NCBI RefSeq assembly: GCF_021869535.1
Contig: NW_026262637.1
Coordinates: 17,112,001-17,176,000, forward strand
DNA: 64,000 nucleotides
DNA from: Mytilus californianus
Lineage: Eukaryota
Direction of reading: 5' to 3'
Both the position numbers and the translations under genes were made by a program. The first letter of the stretch is position 1. Each line of letters starts with the position of its first letter. Positions 1 to 10,319 of this stretch are shown in pieces. A model generated the notes under the pieces. That model did not search any database. It had not been told where the DNA came from and was given only the letters and a program-made list of their open reading frames with translations.

Positions 1-356
1 TTCCATAACGGTCAACCAACTCGTGATGGCGTCCGTAAAACTTACGAAGGGATGATTTCAACTTCACCACTTGGAACTCTTGGTTTAATAGCTTACTTGT
101 GAGCAGCAGCCCTCTATCAAAGAAATCATGATAGGAAATACAAGCACTGGAATATCGTATCAACTGGAAGATATATACTCCGTATGCAGGCGCTACTGGA
201 ATGTTGCTACATAGAAATGGAAAGTTCACAATTGGGAAGCTGAAATCATCCCTTTTGTCGTAAAGTATTGTTTTCAACCGACCCTCATTGTCAATTTCTA
301 GATGTAAGTCAAGATATGAGACAGACTTAACCGTATCTGTTGTATCCCTTATCTCA
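1..356 (-). mobile_element. Penelope-like (Naiad-type) RT C-terminal fragment, family B; runs off the window edge
   Basis: Minus-strand translation LEIRDTTDTVKSVSYLDLHLEIDNEGRLKTILYDKRDDFSFPIVNFPFLCSNIPVAPAYGVYIFQLIRY...KFYGRHHELVDRYG is the PLE RT thumb region; clearly different at DNA level from the equivalent region of the element at 22000-22370. Confidence 0.8.
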
Positions 357-2500
357 AGATGGTGAAGTCGATCTTTCAATTGAGCATGGGGAATAGTAGT
401 GTAAAGCGTAGAAAAATCAAAGGTCTTAAAGTTGCTACAAAATTGCAGAGATTGCGATCTAAGATTAGGCAGTAGATCTTTAGAATTTTTGAGAATCCAC
501 ATCTGATTGACACCACTGGTTGAATACATCTCATCAAAATATTTTTGAAGGCCATCTTTTACTGTAGAAAGAATAGTAGTCAGCACTTTAGAAAGATGTT
601 TAGTCGGACATCTTGATGATCCAGCTATGTATCGTTCTTTATAAGGAGTTTTGGGAAGTTTTGGTATCTAGTATAACGACGGTAGATTTTCCTCGTTTTC
701 TTTGATGTTAACACCAAAAGAAAGAAGGACAGATTTGTGATTTTGTAAAATTTCATCCTTTGTAAATGATGTTAAAGAATATGTAGGATTATCAGTTGTG
801 CTGTTTATTCCTAGCTCTTTTCTGAGACATTGCAAATAATGGTTTTTACATATGAAGACAATATTATTGGAGGCTTTATCTGCTGGAACAACGACATATT
901 TCTCATACAAAGAGGATAAAGCATCCACAACCTCCGGGGTCTTGAATGGGTAAGAAACCCTTGTGCTCATAGTACATCGTAGTTTCTGAATGCGCTTCTG
1001 AATGCATGATCGAATAGCTTTGATCCATTCAGACAAAGTGTCCAGTTCTGGTTCGTCTGGTTCGCGCTTTACCCATTTTCTAGCATAGTCCTCAACTGCA
1101 TCCATCAGTAACCTGAAGTTTTTTTCCAGTTGATGGGCTGGGGAATGCTTTATTTTGGTCCCTTGGCTAACAACTCTCTCTCTCTTAGTTGTTCATTAGT
1201 TACGATGCCAAGGTCGCCAGTAATAATATGACTAGCTGGACTATAATTGTATTTTGACGATGCACATGAGCAATCCGGAGGTTTGGATTTCATATTTTTG
1301 AGGTTAAAGGCCTCTAAAACCCTCGTGTGGTTGAAAATTTTGGATGCAATAGACGTGGTGTAAGTATATGAAATTACAGGTGTAGCTTTATTTTTGAAGT
1401 AATCAGGTATAGTTTTTTGTACAGATTTCTGGTGGAAAATATTGCTTATAATGATAGCATCTAAACATTTATTGGCGAATTCTACTTTAAAAAAATTACG
1501 TTTTTCCTCATCTTTGGAAGTAGTTGATACGGTTTTGAATAGTCTATGGTTAGCAATGTCCATGGTAATTGCAACTTATCTATACAAAACAGAATAAGAA
1601 TCAATAACGGAAGTATTTAGGCCCTCTTGAAATAGTAAATAAAGTTTAGATAATGGAATAATTTAGTTTTGATATAGTGAATTCCTAAAGGTTTTTGAAC
1701 AGACGATAACAGACTATCAATTGTCACGGTGTGAACAGCAGGTGGTGTATAATTTCTGTGACCATGAATTCTATTTCGTCGTTCAGAATTAGACAAAATA
1801 CCTACACCATCAATTTTATCATTGCATCCATAGGGAATGGCTGTACCAAACTCTCTAATCCTAAAGTCTCACTTTGTAGACGATATGGTGTGCTCATTAT
1901 AGGGTCATTTGTTGAATGATATATTTTCTCTATAATCCGGACTTTCAATGAAACAATAGAATGGTCAGGCTGATTAAAATGTCTATAGAGTAATTTGTTG
2001 CTATTAGGATCATTAACATTAGACCGATGGTCATCATTCTTCAATTGAGTCTTTGTTGAGTTTCCCAGACATAGATCTGTCCACACAGAGCACATTCAAT
2101 ACCGTACACAATATTGGAAGCAGTACAATTTAAATCCTCATGACTGTGTGAGTTGTAACTTTTGGTGGTCAAGTTACTTTGAAAGTAGGTATCAGATATT
2201 AGTATATCACAGGTTGTACAATTTTTACGGTTACATTTGAAAATAAAGCAATATTGCAAGTTGTCATTGAAATCTAAAATATCTGAAAGTTGAACAGTAC
2301 AGGGCCGAAAATAAACAAACTTGTCTGAATTTTTATTGTACAACGAGGAATCAGAAGACTGCACATGTGTCGTTTTCATTACATCCTTTAAGCTGATCCT
2401 GGGTGCACCTGATAAAATCGGTGTTGTTGTGTCCTTGACAACATCCGATCGACACCTTTTTATCCTGGGCGATGTGTCATCCAGTAAAATAGTATAATAT
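357..2500 (-). mobile_element. Decayed Penelope-like element (Naiad-type, family A), inverted copy, 3'-truncated
   Basis: ORFs 2041-2652, 1802-2095, 1150-1563, 668-1105 translate to CNRKNCTTC zinc motif, GIY-YIG endonuclease (NIVYGIECALCGQIYV), linker and RT N-part ending FDFSTLYTTIPH; near-identical reverse complement of about 19400-21588. Confidence 0.85.
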
Positions 2501-4783
2501 CCAGTATAAAAAACATAACCGAATGTCAAATTTTGAAATGAAAATTGGTTTTTAAAAAATAGGGAAAAGACAAGACTGTTTCTGTCAGAGACAAAACAGA
2601 AATTAAACTGAAAAAAAAACACAAAAACCAAACCAAAATAACACGGCACCAAAATATATGGATGAACTCAGATACTTTAGTTGGATATGCAATTCCTGCT
2701 CCTCTTGTGAAAATTTGTTGATGAATAGCTTTTGTTTGCGTAACAATTGAGGGAACAAGGACGGTAATGATATAGTTTAAACATATTTTATTTACTTAAA
2801 TACTAGTATGCAAAAGGGATGAGACACAAGTTAATCAAACTTATAAAGTCTTCTCCCTCGGCATTGTTGTTGAGACAAATGGAATATAGTCATGCTACTT
2901 TCAAAATTGGCACATATATTCCTTAATTCCTTAATGTTCAACGAAATTATGGATGACTTCAACTTAATTCTTGGTTCAATAACTTCATTTTTAACAGCAA
3001 CCCTCTATCAATGAAATATTGATAGAAAATGCAAGCATTGGAATAGCGTTTCAAATGAGAAATGTCTACTCCAGATGCAAACGCTGCTGGAATATTTCTT
3101 TGTCACAATTTACGACAAAATTTTCGTTCCCTATTGTTTTTTTTCCTGTTAAGGACGGGAATGTTCCTTTGGTCACATTTTAAATCATTGAGCAGTTGAA
3201 TAAACTTATCAATGTGGGGAGTTTTGAGCGCCCACAAACATGTTTAAACTCGCCACATTCTCCATGTGCCTGCCCCAACTCAAGAGTGTTATTCCATCGT
3301 TGTCGTTGGTTGCTGTTCGTCATAAGTCAGGCGGTTGGTTTTCTCGTCTGCATTGTTTCACAATTTAAAAAGTAGTGACCTTCTACAGTTGACTATTTGG
3401 TTTGGATTTTATTCATTGCTGAATGCTGTATGGTGACCTATAGTTGCTTACATCCACATCATTTTTTACTTTGGTTCAAATGGTTTGATAACCTGGTTTC
3501 TGATTACATGCCTCTATAACTAACATATAATTTATTGTCAGAATCAAGATGGAAATCAATTGAAAATTACAATGTACGAATTTTAGTAAATGAGATTAAA
3601 TTTAAAAAACCAAAACAAAATATATAAATATTTAACCTGTTCCAACTCACAGAAAAAAAAGATTTAAGTAAGCGATACTTTCTTTGTAAACATTGAGTTG
3701 TCAAGGATGTCAAACTTAAAAGTCAAATGTATATTTAAATCTGAGGAAATAGATCGGCTTTCATTGGAACTTCGTTGTCTTTAATATTAATATTGTCATT
3801 TAGATTGTCATTTGCTATTTCAAGTAAGATGAGTGTATTCTGCATAATAATCTAACCTAACTATTACAATTTAGGCAATAATTTTGTTTGAAAACAGCAA
3901 TATAGAAAAAAACAAAACATTGCAAAAATAATTGTGAATGTTTACAAATATAACTCGTTGTGTTTCGTCTACCATTGTACCCTTTGTACCATCGATGATT
4001 CACAGGCTATAAAACAATTTACTGTTGCCAAGGGATGTTGTTCGTCTGCCATATCTGATACGGAACAATTGAGAGAAGATAAAACTCGGCTGCTTGTTTC
4101 AAACCAGCAGGTTCGAGTAAACTACGACTCTTCAACAGATATCAATGGATCTCAAAATGCACAGTCATCACCAGTGAAGATAGGGAAGTATGGCGATTTT
4201 AAAGATATTGATGAACATGCAAGACAGGTATTAATTTATATCCAATATGTAATGTAGCTAACATCCAGTGACACAAACAGTTTGCAGCTACCTCGATCGA
4301 AGTTGACCTGCCATAATTGATGCTGTTTTGGTATCTTTTCCCTATTCAACTTCCTGGACCAAAGTTTTTGCCATGGAGATAAAAAGAGGTGTATTAAAAG
4401 CGGCGGTGACTTTTCTTTTGCCATTGTCAATATATATTTGTTCAACTGTAAAAGCATCAACGGGAATGTTAGCAAATTTAGTGGTCTACTACTACATATA
4501 CTTTTGTCGATTGAATAAGGTTCTGTTTGTTTTACGGATGCTTGCACATTGATGTTACAAAAAAACTTCTTTTCTAATAGTTTTATTTAAAAAATACTGG
4601 TTATGATTAAAACAAATCTGCGGCGTCAAAGCGAGAAATTTGTTTGTGTATTCTGCTGTTTTTACACATATATAGAGTAGAGATCCAGAATCTAAAGATC
4701 TGCCGAATAAATTAAAGATAACTGTTCAGAAAGGTAAGCAAATTGAATAACATCGATTTACCGGTTTCTTTACTGAAAATAAT
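357..4783. repeat. Left arm of a 4.4-kb inverted segmental duplication
   Basis: Reverse complement of 17106-21588; mirrored ORFs (668-1105/20839-21276, 3934-4257/17632-17955, 4328-4552/17337-17561); identity ends at 4783 (GAAAATAAT) and 357 (CACCATCT on minus). Confidence 0.95.
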
Positions 4784-5655
4784 CAAAGACACATGTAATG
4801 ATTATCAGATAGACATTAAACTATATCATTGAAAAAGCCAATTAAAGACCTACCAAAAATAAAACTTGAATAAGTAATCATGACTTTTGAAATGCGTTAT
4901 TACGAATACATTAACTTGTAGAATTCATTATCACAGATTTTAATTGCGATATACATATTTGTATCTGTGAAAACAATATTTTAGATTTGTAATGTCAAAT
5001 TATAAATACATTGTTTTCTACATTGCCAAAATATTGTTTTACGTCATGTGATAAACAGTTTTTGCAAATTGCGGGTTGTGAAGATCTCTCTTACTTTTGT
5101 TAAATCCAAAAAAAAACTTGTTTAGGCTTAATTTTCTTTTTACAAAGAAAGTTTGAAAAAATTAAAATTTAAGGAGACAATTTAAAAAAAAAGAATAAAT
5201 AGGTCATATAGTATTCTATTTCTTCCACATAAGTCAATAGGGGTATTTATGGTACTTATGTTTAATGTAATATTAAAAGTTTCTCTGATTAATCAAGGTC
5301 TCAAACTCTTTTAATAATTCAGAAAAATTTCTCATTTTGTATTTAAAAGTAAATGTATGACTGTAAGATAAATAAAACTATTTTTTAATGAAAACCGAGG
5401 GATCTGCAATGTAAAAAAGTCTGCTATTTTCAGTAAAAATTTGTTACGATCGTTTGCGATTATCATAATTTTCCACAGCTATACTTTTATATAAGTAAGT
5501 TCTTGTTTCATTTTAAAAGTAAATGTATTTGTATTACATGCACCAAGATCTGTCGAATATTCCATAGAAACATTAGCTAAATACCTTGCAAAACCAGCAA
5601 AGAATGATATAGAAGTTGTAAGAGCACTTTATGTTTGGATTTGTGAAAACATAAG
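4030..5655 (+). pseudogene. Transglutaminase-like (KY/hillarin) paralog C fragment: coding exon 1 (4030-4227) and exon 2 (5540-5655)
   Basis: Exon 1 ends DFKDIDEHARQ|gt as in the intact paralogs but the start codon is AAG instead of ATG; exon 2 APRSVEYSIETLAKYLAKPAKNDIEVVRALYVWICENI is 116 nt like the paralogs but its acceptor reads TTACAT instead of TTACAG; no downstream exons found. Confidence 0.85.
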
Positions 5656-6389
5656 GTACACGTTCATTTATTGAGTATTGCTCCATCGCCCATTACAATA
5701 GTATAACAAAGTAACGTCTTTTTTTTAATTGTTGAGATATAAAAATATTTTACCAATTGTGCTTTTGCTATTTCTATTATATATTTATTCAAGATAAAAG
5801 GCATGAATTTGACAGACAAAAAAATATTAAAAATGACATATAGATATAGCACTAGACATGAATAGTCACAAACACTAAAATGATTTACATGTGTACTAAA
5901 AATTATAATTTAAAAAATAAAATTATGAAAATTGTCATGATATTTTGATGATAGACTAGATTATCATGAGTGAATTATATAGACTAGATTATCACTGCAG
6001 CCTTGGATGGCCCACAAAAGTTATTGAACTTATTTCCAGTGGGGTCCTTATTGTTGTTAAAATCTATACAATATGTATTGTTTAGACAACTATTGAGTTT
6101 TCTTACCAGATTTGGGCACAATTAGATTGTTTACAATTTTCTAATTAGGATTTTTAAGGATAAATTGGTATTATATGATATCACAAATATGCAATAATTC
6201 AGACTAAGGCCGCACCAAATTAATGTTCGCCGGAATCGCTGCTTCGAATTTTCGCTTTTTCACATATACAAACACTCACACCAAGAAGTCATTAAATGTA
6301 ATTGGATATCCTGCATTTATTCATGTTTTCCTTTAAAAGAACGTCCCCTCCAAAATTATTAAAATATATCATTGTGCATTAACCATTAA

Positions 6390-6541
6390 AGACATTTCTC
6401 ATTTGAAACGCTATTCCAATTCTTGCATTTTCTATCAATATTTCATTGATAGAGGGTTGCTGTTAAAAATGAAGCTATTGGAGCAAGAATTAAGTTGAAG
6501 TCATCCATGATTTCGTTGAACATTAAGGAATTAAGGAATAT
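6390..6541 (+). repeat. Short duplicated segment at the rearrangement junction (continues at 17072-17108 after the LTR element); decayed Naiad-B RT fragment
   Basis: GACATTTCTCATTTGAAACGCTATTCC...CATTAAGGAATTAAGGAATAT + ATATATGTGCCAATTTTGAAAGTAGCATGAATATATT matches the uninterrupted copy at about 18822-18986 and, inverted, about 2885-3067. Confidence 0.85.
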
Positions 6542-8087
6542 TGAAACGCTGCCTCCCTGGTGCTAGAGTCGGCCACCAGAGAACACAGGGTCACAATGAA
6601 AAAGAGAGTAAAAGGATCTATAAAGTGTAAGGTTCGACGTCCACTGTTTACCGCCGAACCAAAACACGTTACAGAAAGGGAAATCGTATACTTGTGGTTT
6701 TATATATATATATACTCAGTTGTTAAATAAAATATCTGAATAAAATAAAGTTTCATATTTTATTAATATCGAAAATAATCCACGACGGAGAGAATGGGTC
6801 TTGCAGGCTCTGTCACTGCTCTGTTCGGGTCCCCGGTAATGGTTGGTCTTACAGTATACAAACAAACTTTTGATAATAATCAGCTAATAATATATAATTC
6901 AACAGTTAAGTAACCCGGTGGTCCCTTATTTGGACTCTTTCAATAATCCCAATTTAAGGATATTATCACAATTTCACAGTATTCAACATCGACTGATCAT
7001 CATAAAACATCTAAAACAAATATTAAATACAGAAAGCAACAATTTTACTCCCGTCACCCACAACCTTAGCACCGTCACCGGCAACCTTAGCACCGACCAC
7101 CGTCACCGACAACCTTAATTATTTAGCACCGTCACCGACAACCTTAGTTATTTAGCACCGTCACCCACAACCTTAGCACCGTCACCGACAACCTTAGCAC
7201 CGTCACCGGCAACCTGATTTAGCACCGGCACCGACACCCTTAGCACCGTCACCGGCAACCTGATTTAGCACCGGCATCGACAACCTTAAATAAAAACAAA
7301 ATTAAATATTATTATATACCGTATTTACTAACTTTCAACGCTTGATTATAATTATCAGACATCTCTATTTGAATTTGCCGCTCTCTAACTTTTCCAACCC
7401 AACAATCTGTCGGTTCTGGTGTTGCTTTTTCTTTTATACTTCCGACTGACCAATGGCAGAGCTTGTTACATATTGTTTACCAATCGGCAACCATGGATCA
7501 TACAAGGGAAATTCCCGCAATGTTGATACTATTTGTAAACATGGAGTAATCTTCATCAATAAAGATGGTTTTCAACTTTAAATTTATTAGTAGATCATTA
7601 GAAGAGATTAGTCTGGGTTTAATTTCAAACCAGGTAACTAACAAATGCAAATATTTCCTTTTGGTGCTAATATTTTAAGTGCGCAAATGAGAATTAAATC
7701 TCACGGAACAATTGTCAATCTTTATTTTAACACACCAATCTCTCCACGAGTCTTTCGTGCAGTTTTAATTATATTTTATAGCCGACACCAATCTAGCGAA
7801 CTAACGTGGATATTCTGTTTATTATGTCATAAACGAGTATGACGAGCTTTTGCCGAAAGGATACAGAGAAAATATGGAGGCCGTACGTGAAACAAAACTT
7901 CTTGACACACAAATCTACTGTGTTTTAGTAACCACACCTTGAAACAACAGCCAAAATAACCAATTGTAGTTCTTATATTAGTTCCAACATTGAACCTCTC
8001 ATTAACATCTACCCCTTATTCTCCATAATTTCAAGAAACTATCAAGACAAAGGTTTACTATAAAAAGGGGGGAAGGCCGGCATTACA
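6542..8087 (-). repeat. 3' LTR (1546 bp)
   Basis: Direct repeat of 15526-17071 with about 10 substitutions counted by eye; adjacent to the PPT. Confidence 0.97.
7050..7287. repeat. GC-rich tandem minisatellite inside the LTR (about 10 units of AGCACCGTCACCGRCAACCTT); twin at 16034-16271
   Basis: Directly visible 21-29 bp units with short variable ATTT/AGTTATTT linkers. Confidence 0.9.
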
Positions 8088-8101
8088 TTGCCCCCACCTT
8101 T
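8088..8101 (-). other. Polypurine tract
   Basis: Minus strand AAAGGTGGGGGCAA immediately precedes TG of the 3' LTR. Confidence 0.85.
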
Positions 8102-8364
8102 AAGGATTTGGTCCCCAAATACATTCGTCTGTAAGGCTTAATTTGACCACAACCAATTTATTCGTTTTGAAGAACATACAACTAAATTTTCACCAATACT
8201 TATTTTTCCGGTATATCATCCTAAACAAACAGGACTTTAGTACTTTGATTTTTTTTTTTTTTTCATTATTGTATCTTCCAAAGACACAAATCACCACAAT
8301 AATCAACAATAAACAATTAATAAATTAACAGTCCTCCTTCAATACATCAATATCCATTCATCTT

Positions 8365-9702
8365 TCACACACACATGTCATTAAGTCTATCTTCAACAGC
8401 CACAATAAGTCCCGACAGCTGATAGTATTTAGCCTCTAGCATCAGTTCATGTAAATAGTTTGACTCCCTTGGAAGGTAACGTTTCTCTACATTACAGTTG
8501 TTGCGAAGGTAATTCAAAATGATTTTGAAGTGGGCTGGATCTCGATCAAAGAAATACACGTTCTTGGATGGCCTAAACGGACTTAAAGGTTGAAGCATTA
8601 AAGCAAAAACACATGACGGGTCAGCTCTTAGTGTAGTTTTGCTGGTTTCAAATCTCAACCCACCAATATTTAAAGTAATGATATTTTCTTGTGTGTCTTG
8701 TAACGTTTGCAAAAATGTTTCTACTTGCGCCGCGGAGGTACTCATAACTACAGTTCTATCTAATTTGGGAGCTTCTTCTACAACACTAATTTGTTCCACT
8801 GTCCTTTCTCTACCAATCTCTATGTTGTCTACCTCTTTCTTATCAACTTCCCCGGATTTGTTTCTGTCCGACTTATCTGACGAGGAGGATGAGGAAGAGG
8901 TACTGGATGAGCCTGATGAAGATGACGAAGAGGATCTCCTTCTTGATGAGGTCTTTTCTTTTCTCTCCTTATCCAGACTGGATCTTTCAGTATCTGATAC
9001 ATGAATGTCTAGATCCAAATTAACAATTTTTTTCTCAGCTCTACTTCGTTTACCCTCATCCTCAGAATCCATACAGATTGTGATATTATCCCCAATTTCA
9101 CTGGATAAATCTTGCAATACCGATCTTATTTTAGCCAATTTTCGTTCTTTGGTATCAAGTAGCAGTGGTATTTTAGCCTGACTTGGCCCCTGTATCTCAT
9201 TTTCTTTATCATTAACAGCAGTTCTGTCTCTTTTTCTTCCTTCTGTCTCGTCTTTCTTTGTTTCCACTCGGTTGTACGTTTTCTCTGATCTGTTGGTTCT
9301 CATGCTTCTGACTGATCCCTCCATACTATTTCTCCTTCTATAATTTAATATTGGAATTTCTTTCCCATCTGTATCTACCAGTTTTATTTTCTTGATTAAC
9401 TCTTCAACCTTATATAATTCCATCTCTTCTTCTGCTTCTTTTCCTCTAGACCCGGTTTTGTTATTAAAACATAACATTTCCTTATCCGAGATCTTACATC
9501 CATGGGAAGAACTTCTCCTCTGGAAGATCTTCTTGCATTCTGAGCATTTCCAACCATAATCGCTATGCCTCTCTAATACATGCCTTTCTACCAGCCAACG
9601 TTTTTCAAAGCTCATATCATTACATACGGCACATATCCATTTGTTCTGAAAATACATAAAATGCACAATAATAAATCCAATGTTTGATTTATACTGATTC
9701 AT
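8365..9702 (-). CDS. Retrotransposon accessory ORF3: C2H2/CCHC-like zinc fingers + Ser/charged low-complexity linker + KCTD-type BTB/POZ (K+ channel tetramerisation-like) domain
   Basis: 445-aa uninterrupted ORF. N-term CAVC-x4-F-x8-H-x4-H and CSEC-x3-F-x6-HGC; C-term ITLNIGGLRFETSKTTLRADP...YFFDRDPAHFKIILNYLR...LP...LMLEAKYYQLSGL matches the KCTD/BTB_2 consensus as I know it. Confidence 0.88.
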   Translation of the reverse strand: MNQYKSNIGFIIVHFMYFQNKWICAVCNDMSFEKRWLVERHVLERHSDYGWKCSECKKIFQRRSSSHGCKISDKEMLCFNNKTGSRGKEAEEEMELYKVEELIKKIKLVDTDGKEIPILNYRRRNSMEGSVRSMRTNRSEKTYNRVETKKDETEGRKRDRTAVNDKENEIQGPSQAKIPLLLDTKERKLAKIRSVLQDLSSEIGDNITICMDSEDEGKRSRAEKKIVNLDLDIHVSDTERSSLDKERKEKTSSRRRSSSSSSSGSSSTSSSSSSSDKSDRNKSGEVDKKEVDNIEIGRERTVEQISVVEEAPKLDRTVVMSTSAAQVETFLQTLQDTQENIITLNIGGLRFETSKTTLRADPSCVFALMLQPLSPFRPSKNVYFFDRDPAHFKIILNYLRNNCNVEKRYLPRESNYLHELMLEAKYYQLSGLIVAVEDRLNDMCV

Positions 9703-10319
9703 AGAAGAAGCAATCTTGAAATAAATATGAATATTTAGTTACTTTTCTGTTTGTTTCAACAATTTGATGTCAACATTTAAGTTTATGTAAGCGTATAAAT
9801 GTATATACGTACATATATATACGTACATATATATACAAGTCTGAATTGAAACCAACGCTCAAACCTTTGATTGCGTAGGATAAAAACCGCAATTTTTTTA
9901 TACGTGTGCATGCAAAATTCTTGTTAGAGCCATACATTTTATTTACAGTATCTACTGTATTTTCTTCATCTTAATATGAGAAAATATAAACTTCATATCT
10001 ACCAAAACTACCCTTTGCATTAACATATAAAACTAAACACTTTTTATTCCTATCTAAGGAAGATTAGAAATATAGACGAAAAGAAAACGAACATATTTAT
10101 TAATCACGAAGCTCCAATAGTAACCATTCCTTCGTCACCATATTATATTAAACTATTAAACCTTTAGTCATCAAATAACATCACACTCGAAAAATAGGTA
10201 TATACTAACAATATTAAAGTCATATTTACAACAATCTGTTTAATTCCACATAAAAAAAAAACTAACAACAACCAACCAATACAACCTTATCAAAATAATC
10301 AAATTCTACGTCATACAGT

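Noticed and set aside
7050-7287. Repeat array as CRISPR
   Set aside because: Eukaryotic LTR context, no unique spacers, no cas genes.
6918-7842. Short ORFs duplicated at 15902-16820
   Set aside because: Identical only because they lie in the two LTRs; no protein features.
8639-9004. Plus-strand acidic ORF (also 15066-15455, 10371-10732, 10853-11050, 11979-12461)
   Set aside because: Antisense or off-frame shadows of real ORFs.
8365-9702. ORF3 as an envelope gene
   Set aside because: No signal peptide, furin site or transmembrane segment; contains zinc fingers and BTB instead.
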